This document shows, in pieces, positions 45,541-58,476 of a DNA stretch of 64,000 nucleotides. Positions within the stretch are counted from its first letter, which is position 1. Each line of letters starts with the position of its first letter. The DNA is from a virus (taxonomy: Duplodnaviria; Caudoviricetes): the IMG/VR virus record IMGVR_UViG_3300021082_000020, positions 30,959 through 94,958 of that record, one strand, 5' to 3'. The notes beneath the pieces are model-generated. The model searched no databases. It was given only the letters and a program-made list of their open reading frames with translations, and was not told the DNA's origin. Made by a program: the position numbers and the translations under genes.

Positions 45541-45742
45541 CAGCTTTTTCGAGGCTGAGCACCAGCTGCGCGCCGTCTTTGTCAAACTTGTTTTTGGTAA
45601 CAACTTCAACGATTTGCTCGTTGAGTTGGAGGAGCTGTTCGCGGTTGATTTTGTAGCGATTGTGGTCACTGCCGTCGTTGATGTTGAGCACAACCGTATT
45701 GTTTTCGGGCATGGTTAGATAGACGAAGCGTAGTGCCGTCAT
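45530..45742 (-). CDS. Hypothetical protein
   Basis: GGAG RBS before MTALRF. Confidence 0.5.
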   Translation of the reverse strand: MTALRFVYLTMPENNTVVLNINDGSDHNRYKINREQLLQLNEQIVEVVTKNKFDKDGAQLVLSLEKAATL

Positions 45743-45790
45743 GGTGGGCTCCGTTATCCGCTTGTGTCGGAAACCCATCATACCTTTCCG

Positions 45791-45985
45791 TTAGTCTCGA
45801 TCCAGTGCGTGCTGCGCAATCCACATGCATGTGTCGGCTTCGACGTCGCGTAATGCCGCGATTTCGCGTAGGGCTTCACGCAGTTTTGCATTCTTTTCCG
45901 CTAGTTTAATGAGCTCGCGCATGCCGATGCTGAGCTGCCGTTCGATCTCGGTCAGCGCCGCGTACATTTCCTTTTCATGGGACAT
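45791..45985 (-). CDS. Small coiled-coil protein
   Basis: ENAKLREALREIA; coupled ORF. Confidence 0.55.
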   Translation of the reverse strand: MSHEKEMYAALTEIERQLSIGMRELIKLAEKNAKLREALREIAALRDVEADTCMWIAQHALDRD

Positions 45986-46541
45986 CGCGGCGCATCCATT
46001 TCAATTCTGGATGGCCGGTCCACTTGTGGTCGAATACCAGCCAGCAATAGTCCGACTTGCCACCGCCCACCTTGCCGCCTGCGGTGATGACGTGGCCCGG
46101 CGGCATCGACGGCCGCGGGGTCAGCAGCCACACGCTTTGCAGTGGCGTGTTCTCTAGCCAGCGGGCGGCATTGAGCCTGGCGGTCGGCATGATCAGCGCC
46201 ACCTTGTTGCGAGCGCGCGCCAGCGCGTGTTTGGCGAATGCTTCGAAGTTATCGAACGGCGGATTGCTGACGATATTGTTCGGGGTGGTGATGTTATTGA
46301 GCAGGAAATCTCGCACATCGCCGCGGCCGCGGCGATCAACGAGGTCGGCGCCGTGCGCCAAGTAGCCGGCCTTGACGGCGGAATCGATGATGCGACCAAA
46401 TCCACAAGCGGGATCGTAGATGTCGCCGACGAAGTGTTCTTCTTCAAACAGCCGCTCGCTGACCCAGAACGGCTCGACGTAGTGCTCGTCGACGCGAGCG
46501 TAGGCTGTGGCGCCGGCGGTGTGGGTCCAGGGCTGGCTCAT
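45975..46541 (-). CDS. Amino-DNA methyltransferase-like protein
   Basis: DPACGFG motif I, NPPF motif IV. Confidence 0.8.
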   Translation of the reverse strand: MSQPWTHTAGATAYARVDEHYVEPFWVSERLFEEEHFVGDIYDPACGFGRIIDSAVKAGYLAHGADLVDRRGRGDVRDFLLNNITTPNNIVSNPPFDNFEAFAKHALARARNKVALIMPTARLNAARWLENTPLQSVWLLTPRPSMPPGHVITAGGKVGGGKSDYCWLVFDHKWTGHPELKWMRRDVP

Positions 46542-46750
46542 CGCACGTCCTCGTTCCACTTCCACTTGCCTTTGACCCAGTGGCCGTTCACTGGATCTTC
46601 GCACTCGACGGCGCGGATCTCCCTGGCGGAAGTCCAGCGTTGTTCCAGGTCGCGGGCGTAAGCCATTGCCTCGGCTTCGGTCTCGCAGCGCACCGCGTTG
46701 TCGTACCATTTCGGGTCGTTGTGGACGCGCACCTCCGGCTTCCAAGCCAT
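46538..46750 (-). CDS. Hypothetical protein (copy 2 of 109..321)
   Basis: Near-identical protein. Confidence 0.85.
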   Translation of the reverse strand: MAWKPEVRVHNDPKWYDNAVRCETEAEAMAYARDLEQRWTSAREIRAVECEDPVNGHWVKGKWKWNEDVR

Positions 46751-47040
46751 CAGGCACTCCCTGCGGTTTTGAGCGATCTACTGTTTTCCATGATGTGGTC
46801 GTCAAGCTCACTAAATAGTCGCTGCATTACCGCGGCCAGCTCCGGCATGCCGGTCTTGGCCGCCATGTCGATGCTGAGGAACGTTTGTGCGGCGCCCATA
46901 TAGAACGCCTTTTCCATGCTGCTGATCATTTCGTCGTCGGCGTCGACTTTGCGCAGACTGTCAGCGAACTGCTGCCAGACGTTTTTTATGGTGTGGTTGG
47001 GGTTTAGGTTGCTTTCGATGACGTGCAGGACTTCAACCAT
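46750..47040 (-). CDS. Hypothetical protein (diverged copy of 321..617)
   Basis: MGAAQ.F.SID.AAK.GM.EL shared. Confidence 0.75.
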   Translation of the reverse strand: MVEVLHVIESNLNPNHTIKNVWQQFADSLRKVDADDEMISSMEKAFYMGAAQTFLSIDMAAKTGMPELAAVMQRLFSELDDHIMENSRSLKTAGSA

Positions 47041-47431
47041 CGGCTTTCTCCAGCTGCTTGACGCCGACATCAAGCTCGGCGGCCAGTTCGTCCAGCGCCG
47101 CGGTGGTCGGCGTCGGTCCAGCGTTCAACTCGTTGATGGCATTAACGTAATCCTCGGCGCGCCGGGTTAAGAGTCCGATATTGGCCATCTGCGTGGTTAG
47201 TTCGATCAGCATTTTATGCAGCCGCATCGATTCGTGCCGGTAGCGGTCGCGTTCTTCGACCATCATCGCGGTGCGATCGTGCGCGCGGTTTAAGTCAATC
47301 CGGTACTGCTGGATGGCGTTGTTTGCGGAAATCAGGTCGTCATGCATTTGATTGACCCGGGCCAGCGCCGCGGCCTGGTTATTCCTTTCGACGTCGGTGA
47401 TCGTGTTTTGTCCGTTCGGTCGTGCGTTCAT
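47033..47431 (-). CDS. Coiled-coil protein (copy 2)
   Basis: Homology to 610..1002. Confidence 0.75.
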   Translation of the reverse strand: MNARPNGQNTITDVERNNQAAALARVNQMHDDLISANNAIQQYRIDLNRAHDRTAMMVEERDRYRHESMRLHKMLIELTTQMANIGLLTRRAEDYVNAINELNAGPTPTTAALDELAAELDVGVKQLEKADG

Positions 47432-47465
47432 AGGGATGTCCTCGCTCATGTCAGGGAAGGGATAG

Positions 47466-47738
47466 CTACTGCGCCGCGAGTCGGCGCAGTAGCCGGACAG
47501 CGGATGCGTTACCTTTCGCTGCCTTTTTCGGAGCCTGTCGCATAGGCCAGAGAGTATCCGGCGCATCGTCACCGATCGCTTTCAGTGCGGCGTTAAGCAG
47601 GAGGTAAGTGTCTGCGGGGAATTGCTTTCCTGCCCGCCAATTGTAGACGCCATTGATCGAAGTTCCGGTCAGCTCGGCCACGGCTTCGATACCGCCGAGT
47701 GCGGTGATTATGTCGGATGTCGAACGTAAGGTTGTCAT
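47466..47738 (-). CDS. Cro-like regulator (copy 2; C-terminus extended by a 1-nt indel)
   Basis: Homology to 1073..1303. Confidence 0.8.
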   Translation of the reverse strand: MTTLRSTSDIITALGGIEAVAELTGTSINGVYNWRAGKQFPADTYLLLNAALKAIGDDAPDTLWPMRQAPKKAAKGNASAVRLLRRLAAQ

Positions 47739-47755
47739 TGTTTACACCACCTAAC

Positions 47756-47806
47756 TCAAGATTTTTGAGAATACAAGATTGCTTCTCAAAATAGTTGATT
47801 TATGCT
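47756..47806. promoter_or_regulatory. Operators TCAA-N5-TTGA x2 and divergent promoters (copy 2)
   Basis: TCAAGATTTTTGA and TCAAAATAGTTGA. Confidence 0.7.
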
Positions 47807-47814
47807 GGCATTCA

Positions 47815-47991
47815 ATGAATGATCCTGAGGCTCAACTCCGCGAACTGATGTTGATCGATGCGAAGGTCTTTCGCGTCCGTAATCAGATCGCGGAAAAGAC
47901 CGACCCCAATGCGAAGAAGTACAAAACCAAGGCTAAAAAGCCTGTTAAAGTTGAACCGGACGACATCACACCAAAGGAACCACAACCATGA
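47815..47991 (+). CDS. Small basic protein (copy 2)
   Basis: DPE.QLRELM..DAKV.R.RNQIAEKTDP shared. Confidence 0.7.
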   Translation: MNDPEAQLRELMLIDAKVFRVRNQIAEKTDPNAKKYKTKAKKPVKVEPDDITPKEPQP

Positions 47992-48674
47992 GATATTTAC
48001 TTGGCGCCGCCCTGGCGGCGTCTCTTGCTATGTTTGCTTCGGCATTGCCGGCGCAAGCAACTATTCTGCTTGACGAAACCGGCATCGGCGGCACTGGAAA
48101 TAACGTGATATTTTCCAGCATCGCCAACTCCGGCTTGATCCTTGGCCGCCTCAACGGCCAAAACGATGAGGTCGTAAGGTTCTTGGACCGCTCGGCCTTC
48201 AACCCTGACGGCGGCATATTGGCCGGTCTGTTCTCTGGATCAGCCAACGGCAACGACATCAAGATCGTAAACACCAGCGAACTTGATATCACGGTCTTCG
48301 ACCGCAATAACCTCACGCAGCTCACCACTACGCGAGACATCTTCTCCATCGTCGGAACAGGCACCCTGCTTATTCGTGCGACCGCCTTGGAAGCAGACGG
48401 CAGCTTTCAGGACTTCCTGTTCAGCAGCATTCTGAAGAACGGCCAGAACGGCTTCGACTTGAAGGCTATCGACGGCGAGCGGATCTGGGATGTTGACTTC
48501 CGGGTTGTCGGCGGCAGTATCACCGACTTTGAACACTTCCGTATCGACGTGGCGCCGCAGGTTGCGGCGGTGCCGCTGCCGGCAGTTGGCACCGGACTGC
48601 CTGCCTTGGTTGCGGGAATGTTTGGCTTGGTTGGACTCCACCGGCGCCGTAAGGCGCGACTGTTGGCGGTCTAA
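47988..48674 (+). CDS. PEP-CTERM/VPLPA-CTERM protein with a different passenger domain
   Basis: Signal peptide plus VAAVPLPAVGTGLPALVAGMFGLVGLHRRRK. Confidence 0.85.
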   Translation: MRYLLGAALAASLAMFASALPAQATILLDETGIGGTGNNVIFSSIANSGLILGRLNGQNDEVVRFLDRSAFNPDGGILAGLFSGSANGNDIKIVNTSELDITVFDRNNLTQLTTTRDIFSIVGTGTLLIRATALEADGSFQDFLFSSILKNGQNGFDLKAIDGERIWDVDFRVVGGSITDFEHFRIDVAPQVAAVPLPAVGTGLPALVAGMFGLVGLHRRRKARLLAV

Positions 48675-48757
48675 CCTTGCTGGCTCCGGCGGCGTGCATA
48701 TGTAGCGCCGCCGGGGCCCGCTTCAAAAATGCAAAAAAATTTTGCGCGGTCTAAACG

Positions 48758-48913
48758 ATGCTGTGGGTTCTACTAATAGGATCGGTCTGGGCGATCACAG
48801 GATACCCAAGCAAAGAGGCGTGCCTCGAGGCGGCGAGGACGACCGACTTCGGTTACGTCACACGGTGCGTTCCGATGCAGAGCACTGGCACGGTGGTGAG
48901 CGGTCACCGTTAA
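48758..48913 (+). CDS. 51-aa two-Cys small protein (copy 2)
   Basis: Homology to 2441..2596. Confidence 0.75.
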   Translation: MLWVLLIGSVWAITGYPSKEACLEAARTTDFGYVTRCVPMQSTGTVVSGHR

Positions 48914-48936
48914 CTTGGCGTTACTGGAGACGACAG

Positions 48937-49194
48937 ATGGACTGGCAACCGATTGAGACAGCTCCGAGAGACAAAACGGACATCTTGGTGTTCCACAAAA
49001 TTCATGGCGCGATGACCGCAAGGTTCTGCCCTGGCGAATGGTCGGAACACCACGAATACGGTCGAGAATATGATGGGCCAGTGTGGTGCTTTGGTGATGA
49101 CGCATTCCAAGAGGAAGTTGAGGAAGGCCCGGATGGGTTTCACGACGGGCAGGTATCGCACTGGATGCCGCGACCAGAACCGCCACCCCGTTAA
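48937..49194 (+). CDS. DUF551-like protein, copy 2 only
   Basis: WQPIETAP.D...HWMP.PEPP; GGAG RBS. Confidence 0.8.
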   Translation: MDWQPIETAPRDKTDILVFHKIHGAMTARFCPGEWSEHHEYGREYDGPVWCFGDDAFQEEVEEGPDGFHDGQVSHWMPRPEPPPR

Positions 49195-49201
49195 TTTCGA
49201 G

Positions 49202-52203
<3,002 letters not shown>

Positions 52204-52204
<1 letters not shown>

Positions 52205-54330
52205 TAGCGTCGCGGCCCCGCTAGTGGTGGTCCACCCGGTCCGGATGCTGCCGCTGAGGCGGCAGTGATCGCTGCGGCTAGGTCAGCGATGCCGTAATCG
52301 CTTTGATATGGTCGTCCAGCCAGCGCGTTCAGTGCGGTCGGCGATTGCATCGCCCTGCCGCCGATCGCCCGCCGGGCTGGCCCGAGCAAGTAACCCAGTG
52401 TCATGCCGGCTGTTGCGCCGCCCGGCAGACCTGTCGCGCTGCCGACCTGGTGGCCGATCGCGGTCGCGGTCATCGATGCCGGGATGTCGCGATTGATTTG
52501 GCCCATGGTTTGGCCGAGGCCGCCCTGGCGGGTCGGCGAGTTCAGCGCCTGCGCGATCATCGCCAGGTCATCGACCCGGCCGCGCTGCGGCCCGGCGATT
52601 ACGTCGAGCGATTCCGGCGTCATGCCGCGGATCCGGGTGGCGAACTGCCGTGGCCCCGGCGCGCCCTGGTTCGGGTTGTTGATGGTCTGGTTGCCGATCA
52701 GGCGCAGGAGGTCGCCGAAGGTCTGGTCGAGCGGCGTTGGCCCCTGGCCGCGCATCTGTGGCTGGCTGGTGGCTTCCAGCATGCGCAACCGCTGCGGATC
52801 CTGCTCGCCCTGCTTGAGGTAGTTGTAACCCGACGCGGCATTGCCGCGGGCGTTTTCGGCGACGGTGGTGAGCTGCTCATGCGGTCCGCCTTCGCCCATC
52901 GCCGCGGCGTAGCGTTCCTGGGTGCGATCGAAGGTCTGCGGTGGCACGCCCTGTTGGTCGGCGGCGTCGCGCATCACTCCAGTGGCGGCATCCTCGGCTT
53001 GGCCGGCGTAGCGGCTCGGGATCGGATCGTAGCCTTCACCCTTGATCCTGGTGTCGGACCGGAAGTCCTTGACCTGGTTGTAGGTGCCGCGGGTGTCGAT
53101 GATGTTGCCTTGGGCGTCGACCGGCAGGCGGCTTTCGATCGCCCGAATGCGTGCATCCAGCGGCCCGGCCGTGCCGGCGTAGGTTTCGTGTGACGCTTGC
53201 CGCAGCGCGCTGAGTACGGGCAACCACTCCGCCGGACTGCCCGGACCGACTTGCTGGGCCAGGGCTTCCTGCGGCGCCGCTACCCGGGTTCGCAGATCCT
53301 CGGCGTTGGTCCGAGCGATGTCGCCGACCGCGGCGCCGATATCGCCGGTGGTCGGTGTTGGGTTGAGTGATCCCCTGGCGTCGGCCACGTCGTTCACCGC
53401 GGCGCCGGTCTGGTCGCGCGCCGTCATGCGGCGGTCTTGGGTGTAGCCGCTGGAACCCCAGCGGTTGGCGTTGGAGTTTTCGCGCATGCGGATGGTGTCA
53501 TTGCCGAGCGCGCTGGCCGGCAGATCGATACCCTCGCGTGCTGCTGCCGCGGCGACCTGTGGCGCCTCTGGGCGACCCATGCCGCGGTACTTCCAATCGA
53601 TGTAGCTCTGCCGCCCGGGAGCGGCGCCACCGGCCGCGCCACCGCCGAGGATCGCGCCGAATAGCGCACTGGTCTCCGGGTCGACGCCGGCAGCCCGGCC
53701 GACCTTCTCACCGATGTCGGCGCCGTAGTGTGACGCAACCGTTGGCGCCACGGTGCTGCCAGTGAGCCTGGTCAGCGCGGCGCGGATCGCCGCCAATGCC
53801 GTTGGTGCCGCGGCAATACCGCGGGCGATCGCCGCGCCGCCGCCACCGAGCATGGCGCTGGCGCCACCCTCGAGCAGCTGCCGGGTGGTGCTGGCGTCGG
53901 CCGGCAGCGGCTCGGCGCCGACGGCGTTCAGCGCCATCGGACCGAGGTAGGGGATCTTGGTTTCCGGGAAGATCCCGGCTCGGGATCCGGCGTTGCCGAG
54001 CGCGATCGCTAAGTCGGGTATGCCGGTCAGCGCGCTGCCGCCAATCCGTGCCGCGGTGTTGTAGAAGGAATATGGATCGCTCGGTGCTGCTGGCGCCGCT
54101 GGCGCGCCTTGCGGCGGGGTTGCGACTGGTCCGGTTTCCGGTGGCGGCTCGTTTGGTCTGACGGTTATTTCGGGCAGCGTTTCCGTGGTCGGCGCGGTCG
54201 AGGGTGGGCCGCCGCCGGCGCCGTCCCGCAGCCGTTTGAACCGCTCGCCGACGGCCTCGTATTCAGGCGTCCCTTTCAGGTGCTGGTTCTCTTGGCCCCA
54301 TTTCACCAGGTCTTCTATGGTCTCGGCCAC
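52204..54330 (-). CDS. Internal virion protein (copy 2)
   Basis: Homology to 5653..7752. Confidence 0.65.
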
Positions 54331-54332
54331 AG

Positions 54333-55919
54333 CTATCTCCCGAATAGGACGGTGCCTTGTTCAGTCGTTGTCGATGCCGGCGGCGGTGCAGTCGCAGGCG
54401 CCGCGGCGCCGCGCCGTCCGCCGGTTGCTGCCGGTGCTGTGACGCCGCGCACCGCCAGCGCCCTGGCTTCGTCGAACGGCATCATCGGCATCAGCGGCGC
54501 GAGCACCGCCTTCGGCGCTAAGCCGCTGTCGATTGCTGACTGGGTGTAGAACTTCTCCTTCTCCAGCGCCGCGTTTTTGATTTCGCCCATGTGCTGTTGC
54601 ATGGTCTTGATGATGTTGACGCGGGTTTGCGGGTCGAGGCCCTCGCCGGTGGCCTGGCCTTTCAGTGTACGGATCTGCTCTTCCCAACTGCCGACCTGGC
54701 CGACCATCTTGGTTTCGCCTTCGCGGACGCCGGTCAGGTCGTCCATCATCTTGATGAAGCCGTAGACGATATCGAGGTCGGCGGCTTTGTTGCCGGTGTA
54801 GGCCGACTGCACCGCTGAGTTCCAGGTCGCCGCCGTGTTGGAGTAGCGTTTCACCTCCGGCACCGCGGCATACTCTTTGCGCAGCTCGATCGCCGAGCCT
54901 GGCTGGGTCTCGATCACCCGGTCGGCATTGGGGTCGACGGCTGCTGTTGCCGCGGGAGCTCCGGCGGCGCCGGCCGGTGCGGCTGGTTGCATCATCCTGA
55001 CCACCCAAGGCGGGATCGGCTCTTTTTGGATGTGCTTGACGGTCTGCCGATCGCCAACTTTCTCCACCACGCGCTCGGGCGGGTAGGCGATGCTGACCAA
55101 CTGCTCGATCTGTGCTGCCTGCGCCGGGGTCGGCGGCAGTCCGCTTTTGGCAAACACCGCCAGCCGTTGCCGCGCTACGTCTTTGTCTACTTTCGGCGTC
55201 GGGTCGGTCGGTCCGGTGGTGGCGACCGTGTGACCTTCCGGTATTACGCCCCCGGGACCAAACAGCGGCCGGCCGGTGCCGAACTCGGTTTTGTTGTTAT
55301 TGGTGGTGACCAACTGCCCGGTCGGCTGGTTGTCGAGGCCGATCACGGCGAGGGTATGATTGGTTGGGGCGCTGCGTTCCTCCGCGGTCGGGAACCGGCC
55401 GGTGGTCTGAAATTGCAACCGGCCGCGCTCTTCGGCATCGGTCGGCATGCCGCTCAAACCGACGCGGCCCTTGGCATAGACGCCGGGCAGGTCGCCGGCG
55501 CCCTGGTGCGCCTGCGCCCGGGCGACCGCCTGATAGAATGGCAGCTCGGCCTTGTAACGGGCTTCCACTTTCGGATCGATGTAGGACTGCTGGTAGTTGG
55601 TCGGCGGCAGGAACGTCTCGCCGAGCGGTGTCGACGGATCGTCCGGGTTCGACGGCCCCTGTTGCTCGATCGGGATGTTGCGGATGCTGGTCGGCGGCCC
55701 GGCGGTGGACAAGGCATCCGCTGCGGTGTTGCCCGCGGTGGTGGCGGCATCGAACTTGGCTTTGTCTTCAGCCTGCTTCTGCCGCAGCGCGACGATATGC
55801 TCGACCGTTAGCTTTTGATCGAGCGCCGCCTTCGGCGCACCGGCGATGCTCTTGGCGATGTTGGTCGCCAGGCTGCCCCAGGATGGATCCTGTTGGTAGG
55901 TGAGAAATTCCGATCCCAT
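54333..55919 (-). CDS. Internal virion protein (copy 2; divergent C-terminal half)
   Basis: Homology to 7749..9350. Confidence 0.65.
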   Translation of the reverse strand: MGSEFLTYQQDPSWGSLATNIAKSIAGAPKAALDQKLTVEHIVALRQKQAEDKAKFDAATTAGNTAADALSTAGPPTSIRNIPIEQQGPSNPDDPSTPLGETFLPPTNYQQSYIDPKVEARYKAELPFYQAVARAQAHQGAGDLPGVYAKGRVGLSGMPTDAEERGRLQFQTTGRFPTAEERSAPTNHTLAVIGLDNQPTGQLVTTNNNKTEFGTGRPLFGPGGVIPEGHTVATTGPTDPTPKVDKDVARQRLAVFAKSGLPPTPAQAAQIEQLVSIAYPPERVVEKVGDRQTVKHIQKEPIPPWVVRMMQPAAPAGAAGAPAATAAVDPNADRVIETQPGSAIELRKEYAAVPEVKRYSNTAATWNSAVQSAYTGNKAADLDIVYGFIKMMDDLTGVREGETKMVGQVGSWEEQIRTLKGQATGEGLDPQTRVNIIKTMQQHMGEIKNAALEKEKFYTQSAIDSGLAPKAVLAPLMPMMPFDEARALAVRGVTAPAATGGRRGAAAPATAPPPASTTTEQGTVLFGR

Positions 55920-55926
55920 GCTGCCC

Positions 55927-56613
55927 TCATACGCTCGTAGCTAGCGCGTTGCCGAGGCCGGTCCCGGCGACGCTGGCGCCGGCTTGCGCCAGGCCGCCGG
56001 CGGCGCCGCCGCTGTATTGTGAAATCTTGATCGGCTCGACCGCCTTGGCGACGTTGTAGGCCGACAGCCCACCGGCGCGCTCGTTGCCGGCCAGCCGGAT
56101 GTCCTGGCCCGCGGCATTGAAAATGCTATTGGCGCGGTTGGTCAGACCATATTGAGATCCACCATAGGACTGCACATCGGCCAATGCCGCGATTCGCTTC
56201 CTGGCTTCGATCGCTGCCTGCTGGATGTGGCCCTGGATCGCCGTCTTCATTTCGTCGGAGCCGTTCTGCTGGCCCGAGAACATGGCCGAGGCGAGCGCAT
56301 TCGGATCGCCTTCGGCCTGGTTGGCGAGCTCCTCCGGCGTCAGTGCCTTGGTTAACCGCGCCGCTTCGCTTTCTTGGGCTTCGGTCTGCTTGCCGGCACT
56401 GAGCTCATCAAGCGAGCCGCTGCGCGCGGCCTCGGCGTTGAGCCGCAACTGCTCGTCGCGCTTCAAATACTCCTGCGATTGGCGCCGCTGATAGGCGACC
56501 CATTGGTCGTTGGCCGACTGCTGCTGGCTCGCCATGTCCTGCTGCTGCTGCATGTTGTACATCGACATGCCGATCGAGAAGCCCAGGCCGATGATCGAGA
56601 CGGGATCGCACAT
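55927..56613 (-). CDS. MCDPVS internal virion protein (copy 2)
   Basis: Homology to 9358..10044. Confidence 0.65.
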   Translation of the reverse strand: MCDPVSIIGLGFSIGMSMYNMQQQQDMASQQQSANDQWVAYQRRQSQEYLKRDEQLRLNAEAARSGSLDELSAGKQTEAQESEAARLTKALTPEELANQAEGDPNALASAMFSGQQNGSDEMKTAIQGHIQQAAIEARKRIAALADVQSYGGSQYGLTNRANSIFNAAGQDIRLAGNERAGGLSAYNVAKAVEPIKISQYSGGAAGGLAQAGASVAGTGLGNALATSV

Positions 56614-56616
56614 GGT

Positions 56617-57264
56617 TCAGCCTGTTACGGTTCCAGATCCAGATTCGCGGCCAGTCCTAGCGGTGAGTGCCTTGTTAGCTTGGTATTCGCCGACTGCCGG
56701 CGCGACCGCGGAACCTAATCCGATGGCGATCGGCTTGAACATATCACCCAATGCGCCCGGGTTCGGCTGCTGCAACTGCGCATTGCCCGCAGATGTCGCT
56801 GCCGTGTTGGCGGCGACGGTCGGATCCTCGGTGGCGTACAGCTGGTTGTAGGCTTGTTGCTGTTGCGCGGCGATCGATTTGCGCAGCTCCGCGGTGTCGG
56901 TGTCGGCTTTGGCCTTCAGCGCCGCTTCGTTGACGCCCTGCTGCTCGGTCAGCTTGTTCTGCACAAAGCCGGCCGCTCCCGATCGTAACAATCCCGCCCT
57001 GGCGAGATCCGCTTCGGAGGTGCGCTTGGCTTCGCCATACTGCTTCTCCAACTGCGGTAGCGTGTAGTCGAGCCCAGCCTTGCGATACTTTTCATAGAAA
57101 GAATCGCCGAAGTTGTCGTTACCAAAGATGCTGTCGATCGCCGTCTTGCCCTGGTTCAATCGGGCCTGGCGCTCGTTCTCTTTGTCGCGAGCTTCCTGGG
57201 CGCGCTGCATCTCCAGCTGCACCATTTGATTGTTCGATGGTCCGCTTCCGCCTTTGCCGCCCAT
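56617..57264 (-). CDS. MGGKGG putative ejection protein (copy 2)
   Basis: Homology to 10057..10701. Confidence 0.6.
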   Translation of the reverse strand: MGGKGGSGPSNNQMVQLEMQRAQEARDKENERQARLNQGKTAIDSIFGNDNFGDSFYEKYRKAGLDYTLPQLEKQYGEAKRTSEADLARAGLLRSGAAGFVQNKLTEQQGVNEAALKAKADTDTAELRKSIAAQQQQAYNQLYATEDPTVAANTAATSAGNAQLQQPNPGALGDMFKPIAIGLGSAVAPAVGEYQANKALTARTGRESGSGTVTG

Positions 57265-57273
57265 GTCGTCACC

Positions 57274-57621
57274 TCATACTTGCGCGTTTGGATCGGCGCC
57301 CGGCTGCTTGTAATCCGCCCAGTAACCTGGCGGCGTCAGCACAGACTTGGCGACGATGTTGCCGGTTGAATCCTTGGTGGTCTCGGTGCCGGACACGCCC
57401 TCGGCCGGCGTGGTCGTGCTGTCCGGTTTCGAGGTATCTTCCGCAGGCTTGGCTGTGGCATCAGACGCCGCTTTTTTGACGTTGATGTTCGACTGGTAGC
57501 CGCTCATGTCGAGCGGCGCCTTCTTGGCCAGCGTCTGTTGCGCCTCTTCCAAGGTTGCATTGCCCGACTTGTCGAGCGGTTCCTGGTAGTACTGCTGTCC
57601 GCCGCCGCCCTTGCCACCCAT
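57274..57621 (-). CDS. MGGKGG paralog array member (copy 2)
   Basis: Homology to 10711..11061. Confidence 0.75.
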   Translation of the reverse strand: MGGKGGGGQQYYQEPLDKSGNATLEEAQQTLAKKAPLDMSGYQSNINVKKAASDATAKPAEDTSKPDSTTTPAEGVSGTETTKDSTGNIVAKSVLTPPGYWADYKQPGADPNAQV

Positions 57622-57630
57622 GTTGGCCCC

Positions 57631-58098
57631 TTACTTGGTTACGCTCAGGCTGCCCGACGTGCTCGGCGCCTTCTGCTTGCCTTGTGAATCCCAATTGGAT
57701 GGCGGTGCCAGCAACGTTGAGGCGAGCTTGTCGCCGGTTGTGGTCTGCAGTTTGCTGCCGGCGCTGATCGGGCTGCCGGCCGAGATCGGGTCGCCGAGCG
57801 GGGCGTTCGGATCGACCGCCGGTGTGACCGGCGCGGCAGCGGCGGGCGCGACGATCGGCGCCTCGATCGGCGGCGCGACCGGCGCCGGCGCGGGTGCTTC
57901 GGGTGCGGGCGCAGCTACAGGCGCTTCCGGTGCGGGCGGCGGGATCCAGTTTGGATCGGTATCCCGGTTCCAGAAATTGCCGTAGCCGTCGTAGTCGGCC
58001 GGCAGCGCCGGGTTCCGGATCATGCTGCCGTAGCCGTCGTAGATCTCGTCCGGCTCTATCCGGTAGCCGCCGTAGCCGTCATAGACTGAGTAGGGCAT
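57631..58098 (-). CDS. YDGYG-repeat paralog array member (copy 2)
   Basis: Homology to 11070..11540. Confidence 0.75.
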   Translation of the reverse strand: MPYSVYDGYGGYRIEPDEIYDGYGSMIRNPALPADYDGYGNFWNRDTDPNWIPPPAPEAPVAAPAPEAPAPAPVAPPIEAPIVAPAAAAPVTPAVDPNAPLGDPISAGSPISAGSKLQTTTGDKLASTLLAPPSNWDSQGKQKAPSTSGSLSVTK

Positions 58099-58105
58099 GG
58101 CTCAC

Positions 58106-58474
58106 CTATTTGGTTGTGCTGATGCTGCCGGGCGCCGTCGCCGGCCGCTGCGGTTGATTTGTCCAAATCGATGGCGGCGGCAGCAGGCTGCCGGCCAGCA
58201 GGGCGCCGGTCGATTGCGGCGGCCCGCCGCCGGGCTGCAGCTTGCTGATGATCGGCCCGCCGGGCGAGATCGGCGGCCCGAGCGGTTCAACCGGCGCCGC
58301 CGGGCCAGCCGGCGCGGCTACGGGTGGCGCTACCGCCGCCGGTGGCGGTGCCATTTGCGCTGGCGCCATCGGCAGGTTTAACGGTGGTGGCGGCGCCGGT
58401 GTTGGTTCCGGTACCGCCGCCCAGCCCGGCACATCCCCCCAATGCGCTCCGCCGCCTATGTCGTTCCAGGGCAT
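58106..58474 (-). CDS. Pro-rich paralog array member (copy 2)
   Basis: Homology to 11548..11919. Confidence 0.75.
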   Translation of the reverse strand: MPWNDIGGGAHWGDVPGWAAVPEPTPAPPPPLNLPMAPAQMAPPPAAVAPPVAAPAGPAAPVEPLGPPISPGGPIISKLQPGGGPPQSTGALLAGSLLPPPSIWTNQPQRPATAPGSISTTK

Positions 58475-58476
58475 GG

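Larger units (their letters stand above)
1..46429. mobile_element. One full period (~46.4 kb) of a tailed phage genome, podovirus-like
   Basis: Packaging, head, tail, replication and regulatory genes present; sequence re-enters the same MTase-like gene at ~46430; no host genes. Confidence 0.92.

Noticed and set aside
1-46429. Integrated prophage with att sites
   Set aside because: No integrase, tRNA, host genes or att-like direct repeats recognised in the window
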